Of a stretch of 64,000 nt of DNA, positions 22,781 to 34,734 are shown piece by piece. Both the position numbers and the translations under genes were made by a program. The notes below the pieces were generated by a model. It had not been told where the DNA came from. It did not search any database and was given only the letters and a program-made list of their open reading frames with translations. This stretch comes from Octopus sinensis. Taxonomy: Eukaryota. The stretch's first letter is position 1; the number at the start of each line of letters is the position of its first letter. The DNA lies in assembly GCF_006345805.1 (NCBI RefSeq), contig NC_043007.1, positions 25,482,001 to 25,546,000 of the forward strand, written 5' to 3'.

Positions 22781-23352
22781 CCCTTTAGCATTTAAACCGG
22801 CCCAAATATTCTCCCTGTTTCATGTTGAAATCAACCAGGTCTGACCTCTCACACCTACCCTACCATGTCACTCCAGAAATAAACAATCACATCATTGAAA
22901 TTTCAAAGCATGATTAATTCAAAACAGTATGAATAAATAAGCTTTATATGCTGATGGCACGTTAAAAATACCATTTGAGCGTGATTGTTACCTGCGTCGC
23001 CTTACTAGTACTTGTACTGGTGGCACGTGAAAAAAACATTCGAGCGAGGTCGTTGCCAGTGCCGCTGGACTGGCTCCTGTGCAGGTGGCACATAAAAAGC
23101 ACCATTTGAGCGTGGCTGTTGCCAGTACCACCTGACTGGCCCTCGTGCCGGTGGCACGTAAAAGCACCCACTACACTCTGAGTGGTTGGCGTTAGGAAGG
23201 GCATCCAGCTGTAGAAACTCGGCCAGATCAGACTGGAGTCTGGTGCAGCCATCTGGTTCACCAGCCCTCGGTTAAATCGTCCAACCCATGCTGGCATGGA
23301 AAGCGGACGTTAAATGATGATGATTTGAAACAGTAATCCGAATGCTAAAGGG
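22781..23352. mobile_element. piggyBac-like MITE interrupted by family C
   Basis: TIRs CCCTTTAGCATT / AATGCTAAAGGG followed by TTAA (left flank TTCA). Confidence 0.65.
22954..23324 (+). mobile_element. Family C element with four units
   Basis: TGGCAC at 22955, 23021, 23086, 23152 (periods 66, 65, 66). Confidence 0.9.
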
Positions 23353-24575
23353 TTAAATTACAACCTTATTATTTTAAAAACAACACTGTAGGCATTGGAT
23401 TATGAGGAGGTGGTCATATTTGGAATACTTTTGCTCAATCAGAGATGACTGATTGAACAAGAACAGCAGCAACAACAACAATGACAACAACATATATAAT
23501 ATGGTTGGTTAGATGGTTGATTGCAGGCTGCAAATTAATTAAGGGAATTAATATGATCCTGCTGTCCACTTAAATTATTAAATCTTTAATTTATTTATAA
23601 TCTCTGGAAGTGACAGATTGCTGCTTGATGGTGATGGTTGTGGTGGTGGTGGAGGAGGAGATGCTCCCCAGCCTCCCATCGTCTTAGAGGGTTAGGTTGG
23701 ATAGTCAGCAGTGAACTGTCGTTTTGCTTTATCATATCCAGAATCCATTGTAGCTGTATTCTGCAAAAATAATTAAGAAAATATATAAATATGGAAAAGG
23801 AAAAATTATTTTTGCCTAAATATATTATGAGGATTATGTAATGTCAGAAACAATGCAAGAGAGCCTGTTTGTAGTCAATCAATCTACTAGAAATAACAGT
23901 CAGACCACCTTCAGTTCACATCCTTTTGTCTAAGAGCGGGAGTTCACATTTGAGAAAAAAAAGACCAGATGGCCACAGCTGGAACATTTTTGATCTCAGG
24001 ATTGTCCAATCAGGACTCAGCTGGGGTTAATGTTCAATGCCAGTAGAAGATATCTATATTTATTATCTTTTAAAGCGGGTTAAGTGATTTGATTAGCAAA
24101 ACTGTTCTAAACAATGATTATCAGCACGACTACAATCTGATACAAAATGCCTCTCTGTGCAATCTGCTCAATTTGCTAGAAATAGCAGCTGATTATGCAT
24201 CAAATTACACCCTGTCGTTTTTTGACCAAAAGAGGACTTGTCGGACAGTGTTGTTCAAAAACATGGTATGGTCCTGACTGGAATGTCGTTGATCATAAGT
24301 CTGTTCAATCAGGACCGAATTGGGACTAAACAACACCAAATTTGGTGCATAATACAAGATTTTTGGTTTCTGATCTTAATGCAACATACATTTGTTATAT
24401 TGAATGGAAGGATGAAAGAAGAAATCAAAACGAAGACTTCTTCTCAAGCCACGACATCCTCCTACTTGGCAGATACAGATTTTAAACAAACATACCTTTT
24501 ACTTGTTTCAGTCATTTGGTTGTGACCATGCTGGGGCACCACCTTGAAAGGTTTCACCTATTGAGTCAAGTACAT

Positions 24576-25128
24576 CAAGATCAAAAAATCAAATGGAAAT
24601 TGTAGTCGTGATACCTGTGCCGGTGGCACGTAAAAAGCACTATCCGAACGTGGTCGATGCAAGCGCTACCTTGACTGGCTTCCGTGCCGGTGGCATGTAA
24701 AAAGCACCAACCAATTGTGGGCACCACCTTGAAAGGTTTCACCTATTGAGTCAAGTACATCAAGATCAAAAAATCAAATGGAAATTGTAGTTGTGATACC
24801 TATGCTGGTGGCACGTAAAAAGCACTATCCAAACGTGGTCGATGCAAGCGCTACCTTGACTAGCTTCCGTGCTGGTGGCATGTAAAAAGCACCAACCGAT
24901 CGTGGCTATTACCAGCCTCCCCTGGCACCTGTGCCGGTGGTACGTAGAAAGCACCCACTACACTCATGGAATGGTTGGCGTTAGGAAGGTCATCCAGCTG
25001 TAGAAACACTGCCAGATCAGACTGGAGCCTGGTGCAGCTTCCTGGCTTCCCAGACCCCGGTCGAGCCGTCCAACCCATGCTGGCGTGGAAAACGGATGTT
25101 AAACGATGATGATGATGATGATGATGAC
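24576..25128 (+). mobile_element. Family C element with a 185-bp tandem duplication at its 5' junction
   Basis: GGGCACCACC at 24534 and 24719; full C 3' domain and (GAT)n tail. Confidence 0.9.
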
Positions 25129-25224
25129 ATTCTAATGATGGACCTTTATATCTGTGTTAAAATCCAGCTCCTTCCTTACAGGGAAACTTCAGATAATTAA
25201 CAACAGAAGAGAGCGTGTACGCAT

Positions 25225-25270
<46 letters not shown>

Positions 25271-25798
25271 TATATGAAGAGGTGGAAACAAGAATTAGGA
25301 AAGATAAATCCATTGATGTGATTGCTATTTTATCCAGATTGCATTAGATGTATGATCAAAGACATTCCAGTTGTGGCCATCTTGGATAAATGTCGAAGTA
25401 CTTTGACATCTACTGATTAGAAGCAAGAAACATAAACGAAAATATATTGAATCAGAGGTGAAATAATAAAATTAGGAAACGTCCAGATCTGCCATGGTGT
25501 GTAAATGATATATTGTCAGCCTGTCTGTACTGCAGACGCAGAATTACGGTGCAGAAGATTGCAGCTGGTAAAACTGGTGTTGTATATTATATTAATGGTG
25601 TGTGGTACTGATGAGAAATAACCAATCAGCAAAAGAGATTGTATGTGCTGTGAACCACGTAATTAGTTAAAAAAAAAAAAGAAGTTCAGTGTACATGTGT
25701 GTGTGGTGTGTGTGTGTGTGTGTGTGTGCACTTGCATGTAAAACAATTAGGGGGAGCATAGTAGGTGCTGCTATGTCATCTGTGATTGTGGTAGCCAC

Positions 25799-25834
<36 letters not shown>

Positions 25835-25835
<1 letters not shown>

Positions 25836-26138
25836 TGGAGGCACAATGGCCCAGTGGTTAGGGCAGCGGACTCGCAGTCGTAGGATTGACGTTTTGATTT
25901 CCAGAGCGGGCGTTGTGAGTGTCTATTGAGTAAAAAAACCTAAAAACTCTGCAAGGCTCTGGCAGGGGTGGTGGCGATCCCTGCTGTACTCTTTCGGCAC
26001 AACTTTCTCTCACTCTTTCTTCTGTTGGCCTGCACGATTAGCCAGTGGGGTGGCGTCATTTCGAGGCTAAAACAATGCCAAGCGCATTGTGATGAGCAAT
26101 GTGTAGCAACATCTGATAGCCTGGTCTGTCATGGTGAT
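25835..26138 (+). mobile_element. SINE F head + alternative tail
   Basis: Head GTGGAGGCACAATGGCCCAGTGGTTAGGGC as in 37867, but diverges after CTCACTCTTTCTTC into TGTTGGCCTGC...CATGGTGATA. Confidence 0.85.
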
Positions 26139-26151
26139 ATATATATATATA

Positions 26152-26410
26152 GGTGAAGGTGTGGATGTGAGGTAAGAAGCTTGCTTCCCAACCACATGGT
26201 CAGTTTCAGTCCCATTGCGTGGTACCTTTAGGCAAATGTCTTCTACTATAACCTCAGGCCAACCAAAGCCTTGTGAGTGGATTTGGTAGACGGAAGCTGA
26301 AAGAAGCCTGCTGTATATATATGTATATATTTGTATGTTTGTGTCTGTGTTTGCCCCTCACTTGATAACTGGTGTTGGTGTGTTTACATCACTGTAACAT
26401 AGCAGTTCAG
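26152..26410 (+). mobile_element. SINE-A, 3'-truncated
   Basis: Head and body homology. Confidence 0.85.
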
Positions 26411-27279
26411 CAAAAGAGGCTGAAATAAACATTATTTTACGTCTTACTGTTAAATTTTGTTTCGTTTTTGCAAAATATAAATTTATTTTATGGTTTATTA
26501 TTGCTTATATTTTGAATTAAATTTTTATATGGGAACACCAAAATCTTCTGAGTGCTTTAGGGCCTCTATGGGTCTGAAGCGAGCCCCTGCTTAGATCAAT
26601 GAAAATAAGTAAGCACCAGTTTTGTAAGTCCTGGGCTTGCTACAATTGGCTGTGTCATTAAAAAAGGTGGTATCCCAGCAAGACCAAAGACCTGTGACTG
26701 AAACCACTTAGAAGTTTCTCTCTTGGCTGTCAGCTCTCTCTGTCTTGTAGTGTCTCTGTACTCCTACATGCCTTAGGATCCCCAGAACCTAATCTACTCT
26801 GACTTCTTGCCATTTACACATGCTTTACTTATTAAGCTAAGCTTTTTTGTCAACAAAAAAAGCTGGGGGCTGGTGCGAGCTAAGAACATCCATGTCAATC
26901 TGTGTTATTTTCTTCAACCTTCAGGCAATGCCCCACCACCACCACCGCCATCACCTTCCTTATGTTTTTTTCTTCTTTGTTTTACTTTTCCTTTGAAAAG
27001 TTGTTTTTATTTCTTTGTACGCCCCCCCCCCTTTCTTGTCTTTGCTTATCTCCCTTCCTGCCTTTTTTTCTTTCTTTTGTGTCTTTCTTATTTCTTCTTT
27101 TCTTCCCTCCTCCCCTCCCCCTCTCTCTCTCCTTGTTATCCTTCCAACTCTCTCTCTGGTTGCTGTCAAAAGCATTAAGTGTCTGTCCATTTCCCTCTTT
27201 GTCTCAGAGCTGTTTCCGTATTGTTGTTATTGTTGCCTTATTAACCAGTAATGCTACCCCCACCCCATCATTGGTATTC

Positions 27280-27351
27280 TCTACTACTACCTCCACCACC
27301 ACCACCACCACTACTACTACTACTCTTACTACTACTACTATCACCACCACC

Positions 27352-27386
<35 letters not shown>

Positions 27387-27444
27387 CACCTCCACCACCA
27401 CCACCACCACCACTACTACTACTACCTCCACCACCACCACTGCC

Positions 27445-27477
<33 letters not shown>

Positions 27478-27580
27478 CTCTTACTACTACTACTACTACT
27501 ACTACTACTCTTACTACTACTACTACTACTACTACTTCTGCTGTTGCTACCGCCAACTCCACCACCACCACTACTGGTGC
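27280..27580. repeat. (ACC/ACT)n compound microsatellite
   Basis: Direct reading; source of the long poly-T/P/L ORFs. Confidence 0.95.
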
Positions 27581-27819
27581 TGCTGTTGCTGTCTTACTAA
27601 GGATTTCCCACTGACTGACTGGTTGTCAAGGGGTGATGGTGATGTTGGAGGTGGGTGGTGGGGGTTATCATTCATGGTTTCCTTTGTTCATCTAACAAAG
27701 CAGCTCTTACCTATTATATTACCCCCACCCCACCTTCCTTACATGCCTTCCACCCAACCTTTCTTTTTTTTCTTAACCTTTACCTTGGTAATTTTATTTA
27801 CTTATGTATATCTTTTAGC

Positions 27820-28040
27820 TTTTATTTTATTTGTCTTGTCATTTGACTGTGGCCATTCTGGGGCACTGCCTTGAAGGGTTTTAGTCAAAGAAATCGACCC
27901 CAGGGCTTTTTTTTTTAATCCTGATACTTTTTCTATTGGTCTCTTTTTGCTGAACCGCTAAGTTACTGGGACCGTAAATGCACCAACATTGGTTGTCAGG
28001 CAATGGTGGGGGACAAACACAAACAGATACATACATACAT

Positions 28041-28071
<31 letters not shown>

Positions 28072-28215
28072 CACATACGATGGTCTTCTTTCAGTTTCTG
28101 TCTATCAAATCCACTCACAAGGCTTTGGTCTGCTTGAAGCTATAGTAGAAAACACTTGTTCAAGGTGCCATGCAGTGGGACTGAACCTGAAACCATGTGG
28201 TTTGGAATCAAGCTT
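27820..28215 (-). mobile_element. SINE-A, head partly lost
   Basis: Body and tail homology. Confidence 0.85.
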
Positions 28216-28529
28216 CAATTTGCAAGTTTATAGATAATTTTACCAGGTATTTTTATGGATCTGTGACTGAATTACTGAATCAGCTAGATCAATAGGCATA
28301 TTGAATGTCTTGCAGACAATTACATGCCCTTTACTTTTGGAATTTAAACCCTGCCAAGATCAAATTTGTCTTACATTTTTCTTGGGCTCCCCCAAAATAA
28401 GATATCAGTCAAGTACTTACATATTTTGACATGTCTTAGGGCTCATAATGCCAGAGCCTAACCCAATTTCCCTTATGTATTAGTGGCTGAGATTTCGGTA
28501 CTTCCTAAATGGCATGATGACCCATCAAG

Positions 28530-28700
28530 GGGTTAACTTCCCACCTATTGCTGAAACTTCTTGACAGTTGAATGAAATGGAGCAACTTGAAATGAAATGC
28601 TTTGCTCAAGAGCACAATGCACTCCCTATTCAGGAACTGAAACCCAGATATGATCATGAGTGTTACACCCTAACCACCCCTCAAAATTACTAGCCTTATG
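28530..28700 (-). mobile_element. SINE D-type head/core, degenerate (another at 44525-44680)
   Basis: GGAGCAACTTGAAATGAAATGCTTTGCTCAAGAGCACAA. Confidence 0.6.
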
Positions 28701-29792
28701 CCTCAATGAGAAACCATTATTCTTAATACAAGAAATCCTCATTATGGGGGGCTGTGAATTAAGCTTTCTTTGTGGTACTCAGTTGAGTGAACTAATGAGG
28801 TTCTGCATTGTCATTTGATCTGTGAAAATTAGCTGCCAAATCTCCCTCAAACCACACCGTGTCGTCTTAGAAATGGACTTGGATAATGTGATTCTGTACA
28901 TTGGGAACAGAAAGGGGAAAAAAAAAACGAGTTGGTTTTCACTGGAAATGCTTTTGATCATAGGCCTGCTTAATCAGGGTTAACCTGGGGCTAAACAACT
29001 AGTAAATCATTAATTATGATTCTTTACTTAGAAGTCTTGATTGTTTCATGTGTAATTTTTAGCAAAATTGGAAAGATACAGTTTCCATTATGATGTCGAT
29101 ATGATAATTTATATAAAAAGACTTTAGTAAAGAAATCAAGTTACTGCTTTTTTTTTTATATCTCCTTTCATTGGTATCTGTTCTTCTATAATTAATTATC
29201 TAAACTATATAATTTAAACGAAGCTATTTGCAGCTAATTTACTCTGCAACCGCAGAATATTAACCTGTTTATACCCTCCCACTTCCTTATCTACTTAGCT
29301 ACATACGATGTCTAATATATCATGTAATTATACACAGCTCGGAGACGAAACTATTGACCGTGGTATTTAGCATTCGGTCTCTTTCTAAGAAACAATAATT
29401 CTTCCTGTATTGTTTGAGCGCAAGCGCGACTGTATGATTAAGAAGTTTGCTTGGCAATCTCTTCGATTCAAGTCTGATGCTACTGTAACAGCACTTTGAA
29501 GCTTGTGCCCTCCTCTTCTTGTAGTCTCATGCCAGTCAAATTATGTGAATGAAACTGGGTTGATGAAAACTATGAAGAAGGCTGGGTGGTTGTAGACTTA
29601 ATCTGTTGCCCAGTTTCACACCACCACCTGTCTCTTGGCAGCTTTTGGCAGATTCCACTTTGTTGCTAGTATTCAGGCCAAGTCTCCAGTTTGGAGATAG
29701 CTTCCTTTTTTTCTGCCACCAGTCTAGAATAGTATAAGACAATTGGGCATAGGTGTTTAGATGCTGAAAATTTGTTAAAAAATATATATATT

Positions 29793-30182
29793 AGGTGCAG
29801 GAGAGGCTGTGTGGTAAGTAGCTTGCTTGCCAATCACATGGTTCCGGGTTCAGTCCTGCTGCATGGCACCTTGGGCAAGTGTCTTCTACTATAGCCTTGG
29901 GCCGACCAAAGCCTTGTGAGTGGATTTGGTAGACGGAAACTGAAAGAAGCCTGTTGTGTGTGTGTATATATATATGTATATATGTGTGTCTGTGTTTGTC
30001 CCCCAACATTGCTTAACAACCGATGCTGGTGTGTTTATGTCCCTGTAACTTAGTGGTTCAGCAAAAGAGACTGATAGAATAAATACTAGGCTTACAAAGA
30101 ATAAGTCCTGGGGTCAATTTGCTCAACTAATGGTGGTGCTCTAGCATGGCTGCAGTCAAATAACTGAAACAAATAAAAGAAT
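29793..30182 (+). mobile_element. SINE-A
   Basis: Full head and tail. Confidence 0.95.
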
Positions 30183-30212
30183 TAGGGACAAAGACAGTAT
30201 TAATAGCAAGAA

Positions 30213-30391
30213 GCAATATTTATCCCCACTTCAACACGGCTGTTCTGTTAGAACAAATTATACTGCAGTAGATCCCATGAGAGAACTCTCATATTGGCTT
30301 TTGGTAAAATACGAGAGTTTCTCTCTTGGTCTCTACTGCTGCATAGGTTGTTCTAACAGAACATTCATGTTTAAGTGGGGATAAATATTGC
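30213..30391. mobile_element. 179-bp whole-length fold-back (MITE-like)
   Basis: GCAATATTTATCCCCACTT...GTTCTGTTAGAACAA pairs with TTGTTCTAACAGAAC...AAGTGGGGATAAATATTGC; inner arms also pair. Confidence 0.7.
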
Positions 30392-30517
30392 CTCACTGAA
30401 AATTTGGTGCAACTGGTTGGACATTCAGTTTGTTTCGGCAACTGCATTTTGGTGCTAGAGGCAAACGTGCACATGCGTGTGCAGGCATGCAGAAATATGA
30501 TTATAAAGATTATTTTG

Positions 30518-30755
30518 AAGGCGGTGAGCTGGCAGAAACATTAGCACGCTGGGCGAAATGCTTAGCAGTATTTCATCTGCCGTTATGTTCTGAGTTCAAA
30601 TTCCACCGAGGTCGACTTTGCCTTTCATTCTTTCTGGGTCCATAAATTAAGTACCAGTTATGCACTGGGGTCGATGTATTTGACTTAATCTCCTTGTCTG
30701 TCCTTGTTTGTCCCCTCTATGTTTAGCCCCTTGTGGGCAATAAAGAAATAAGAAA
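30518..30755 (+). mobile_element. SINE-B-long
   Basis: Full head and tail. Confidence 0.95.
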
Positions 30756-31904
30756 TATGATTATAGAGAGAGAAGGGAGAGAAATAAAGAGAGAGAATGA
30801 GAGAGATTACAATTTGTTAAACACAGCTGGCATAAACACTTTTCCTTTCTTCATTTAAAGAGAAATGTGCTTACATACATAAAGAGAGAGAGAGAATGAG
30901 GGAGACAGTAAAATATCCGATGTCAAATAAGCCAATGCCAAATCAGTGGTGCCAAAATGGCTGCGCCAAAATGTCTCATCTACTCCTCTAGGAGTCTCCA
31001 TAAAAGATGGTTCTCTTTAAAATTTAAAATGCCAAATAGCTGCTGCTGTGAAAGAAGGATTCTGACCTTTTGGGGATTGAAGTTTCATGTCTGAAAGAGT
31101 GAAACTAAACCCTCTCCACTTATTTCTCATCCATCTTTCACAGATGAAGGACCAGTCCCAAAATGCCAAAATTTTCTTTGCTCTGCAACCCCCCCCACAC
31201 ACCAGTTTGACAACTTCCTGCTGATACAGACCACCATTAGTTTTCTCACTTTTTAAAAATTTCCAGCCATGACCTTCACATTTTATTTTTCAGACATTGT
31301 ATAACTAAGACTACATTATCTAATATATCCACTTTGTTTTAGATGGATTGCTAATAATTCAAAGGAGATTTAGTTGCTATTTCTAGTAGGTTAAGCAACC
31401 ACATAGAGGCTCCCTTGTGTGGTTTATTTCTATAATGTTTGCCCGGGAGGTAATAATACTAAGAACCCTGAGTGTGCCATTGAGGAAAAGTTAGAGCACA
31501 ACATGTTTGCTTGACCTGCTAGAAATAACAGTCAAATCTTCCTCAAATTGCATCGTGTCGGTTTGGGTAAAGTAATTGTTTAAGGTACACAAAGACTGCA
31601 GGTATGCGGGTATTTTGAAAATATCTCATGGAGTTATGATCATGCCCTGCATAATTATGGGCTGCCCTTTTGGCAGGGCATAGCACCCATTCAGTCACTC
31701 TGCCAGGAATATGGCAAAGTCTTGGGACTGCGGCATGGTGGGTTGTGAAGAGGTAGCAGAAGAGCTCAGCTGAGCCAACAGTGATTCTTACATTGATACT
31801 GAGTGGAGGAATCCTAGAAAATAACTCAATGGTCAAGGTCACCAATCTCTATGAGACGATTAACTGTAACACATCCATTGAGGTGGTGTCTATGGTTGTG
31901 TAAT

Positions 31905-32389
31905 GATATGTATAAGATCTGGTCATCAAATCTAAGTAGAGATTTCAAACTTAAAATCTTCAAAGCCACAGTCGAACCAATTCTACTATATGGCTCAGAA
32001 ACCTGGACGTTATCAAAGAAGCTTGAGAGGCGGTTGGATGGAACCTACACTCGCCTCCATATGAGAGCTCAAAATCTCTCGTGGAAGCGTCATCCAACCA
32101 AAGTACAAATATATGGGAAACTACCACCTGTATCATCTCTTGTGAAAGGTAGAAGAGTCCAGTTTGCTGGACATTGTTGTAGAGCTGAAAACGAGGTTAT
32201 TTCTACTCTTCTCCTCTGGAAGCCATCTGCTCACGATACCAGAGGGCACACACTCTCCTACCCTGATGTAATCTCCAGGGATACAGGCATCCAGCAACAG
32301 GACCGACATAATGCTATGATGGACTGTGAAGTCTGGTGTAACATAGTAAATTCCATTGTCTCGACCACGGTCGAACAATGATGATGATG
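31905..32389 (+). mobile_element. 5'-truncated RTE-type LINE (family 1) with TSD
   Basis: KIFKATVEPILLYGSETWTL...RRVQFAGHC...DTG...MMDCEVW; stop codon is the first unit of the (TGA)n tail; terminal hairpin TCGAC-CACG-GTCGA; 13-bp TSD ATGGTTGTGTAAT at 31892-31904 and 32390-32402. Confidence 0.9.
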
Positions 32390-32789
32390 ATGGTTGTGTA
32401 ATCAGCTGATGAAAGATTTGTTATGACTCAAGATGCTAATTCAAATTCATAATAATGGAATTGGATGGCAACAGAAAATCATGGGAAGCCATGGAAGCAG
32501 TGAAAACAAGAAACCACAAAGACTGGATGGTTGTAGCTGGAAAGGTTTTTATCGTAGGTCTGCTGGATCAGTACTGACCTGGGGCTAAACAACATTAACA
32601 TCCTGTGCCATCCCTCCTCTCTCTCTCTCTCTTTTGTCTTTTTATTTCTTTAAGTTTCAATAACTCTTTCCTCTGATGTCAGGGGTTGATGGGTGGAGGA
32701 GGGAACAGTTCTAATTTCAGTTCATTTCAACTTGTGTGTATGTGTGTGTGTGTGTATGTATGTGTGTGTGTGTGGTGTGTGTGTGTGGT

Positions 32790-33087
32790 GTGTGTGTGTG
32801 CTTATATACACATATAAATAAATACTCAACACACACTGCTACACACGTGTGCATGTCCTCTTACACATACACACACACACACACACGCATGCACACCTGG
32901 ACCAGTCGATGTTTTATTGCCGGCCCGATGGCAATGTGTGTATGTGCATGTGTGTGTGTGTGTGTGCTTATATACACATATAAATAAATACTCAACACAC
33001 ACTGCTACACACGTGTGCATGTCCTCTTACACACATACACACACACACGCAAGCACACCTGGACCAGTCGATGTTTTATTGCCGGCA
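32790..33087. repeat. Tandem duplication, period about 165 bp
   Basis: GCTTATATACACATATAAATAAATACTCAAC...CCTGGACCAGTCGATGTTTTATTGCCGGC occurs twice. Confidence 0.9.
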
Positions 33088-33373
33088 TGGCAACTACAAC
33101 AGGTGTAGATGAAGGGAAATACAGAAGAGGTAAGTTAAGTGAGGTCTGACATAAGAGGGCAAGATCTAAAGACGTGAACGTGTTAGCTGTTAGCATTGGA
33201 GTTCAGCAAAGGGGAATGTGGAGGAGAGAGAAGATTTATATTTTAATTGCGGTGTGTAGTGCTGGGCCAGACAAGCAGGGGAGGTGAGACCAGTCTTAAA
33301 CCAGCTTTCGTTGTTACTAGCTGTTATTGTAATTTGATTCCACTCCATAGACGAATATTGGTGTATTTAATTT

Positions 33374-34582
33374 ATATATACTCTGTGTTTGGAAAGCGGC
33401 GAGCTGGCAGACACATTAGCACACCGAGTGAAATGCTTAGTGGTATTTCGTCTGTCGTTACGTTCTGAGTTCAAATTCTGCCGAGGTCAACTTTGCCTTT
33501 CATCCTTTCAGGGTCGATAAATTAAGTACCAGTTTCGCACTGGGGTCGATATAATCGACTCAGTCCCTTCGTCTGTCCTTGTTTGTCCCCTCTATGTTTA
33601 GCCCCTTGTGGGGAGTAAAGAAATATATACTCTGTGTCTGGAAGGCGGCGAGCTGGCACACATTAGCACGCCGGGCTGGCGAAATGCTTAGTGGTATTTC
33701 GTCTGTCGTTACGTTCTGAGTTCAAATTCTGCCGAGGTCAACTTTGCCTTTCATCCTTTCGGGGGTCGATAAATAAAGTACCAGTTTTGCACTGGGGTCG
33801 ATATAATCGACTCAGTCCCTTCGTCTGTCCTTGTTTGTCCCCTCTGTGTTTAGCCCCTTGTGGGTAATAAAGAAATAGGTATTTCGTCTGTCGTTACGTT
33901 CTGAGTTCAAATTCCGCCGAGGTCAACTTTGCCTTTCATCCTTTCGGGGTCGATAATTAAAGTACCAGTTTCGCACTGGGGTCGATATAATCGACTCAGT
34001 CCCTTCGTCTGTCCTTGTTTGTCCCCTCTATGTTTAGCCCCTTGTGGGCAGTAAAGAAATATATACTCTGTGTCTGGAAGGCGGCGAGCTGGCAGATACA
34101 TTAGCACGCCGGGCGAAATGCTTAGCGGTATTTCGTCTGTCTGTTGTTATGTTCTGAGTTCAAATTCCGCCGAGGTCAACTTTGCCTTTCATCCTTTCGG
34201 GGTCGATAATTAAAGTACCAGTTTCGCACTGGGGTCGATATAATCGACTCAGTCCCTTCGTCTGTCCTTGTTGTCCCCTCTATGTTTAGCCCCTTGTGGG
34301 CAGTAAAGAAATATATACTCTGTGTCTGGAAGGCGGCGAGCTGGCAGATACATTAGCACGCCGGGCGAAATGCTTAGCGGTATTTCGTCTGTCTGTTGTT
34401 ATGTTCTGAGTTCAAATTCCGCCGAGGTCAACTTTGCCTTTCATCCTTTCGGGGTCGATAATTAAAGTACCAGTTTCGCACTGGGGTCGATATAATCGAC
34501 TCAGTCCCTTCGTCTGTCCTTGTTTGTCCCCTCTATGTTTAGCCCCTTGTGGGCAGTAAAGAAATATATACTCTGTGTCTGG
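33374..34582 (+). repeat. Tandem array of SINE-B-long plus flank
   Basis: ATATATACTCTGTGT(C/T)TGG at 33374, 33623, 34059, 34311, 34564 separating SINE copies. Confidence 0.95.
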
Positions 34583-34734
34583 CTAAATTTCAAATGATAA
34601 ACATTCCCTATGTATTTAAGTATTACACAATTAAGTTGGAGGGATTTTATAAATTAACTTTATCATTAATTAATTAAGTCGATGTTTAGAATACAACTTC
34701 AAAGACATGTGCACACACACACACACAGCTTTTA

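Noticed and set aside
22954-23170. CRISPR array
   Set aside because: Spacers are related to each other and shared between dispersed copies; no cas genes; eukaryotic context; array is inside a tailed mobile element
26807-27874. Long ORFs of 123-232 aa
   Set aside because: Translations of pyrimidine-rich and (ACC/ACT)n microsatellite; open only through low complexity. The same applies to ORFs at 14094, 15153-15506, 16951, 50352, 57625 and 60367-60733
29298-29368. MSNISCNYTQ as a receptor N-terminus
   Set aside because: Stops after 20 codons, donor is weak, no Kozak or homology support
31851-31904. Start codon of the 176-aa ORF
   Set aside because: Lies outside the TSD; the N-terminal 18 codons are flanking DNA read into a truncated LINE
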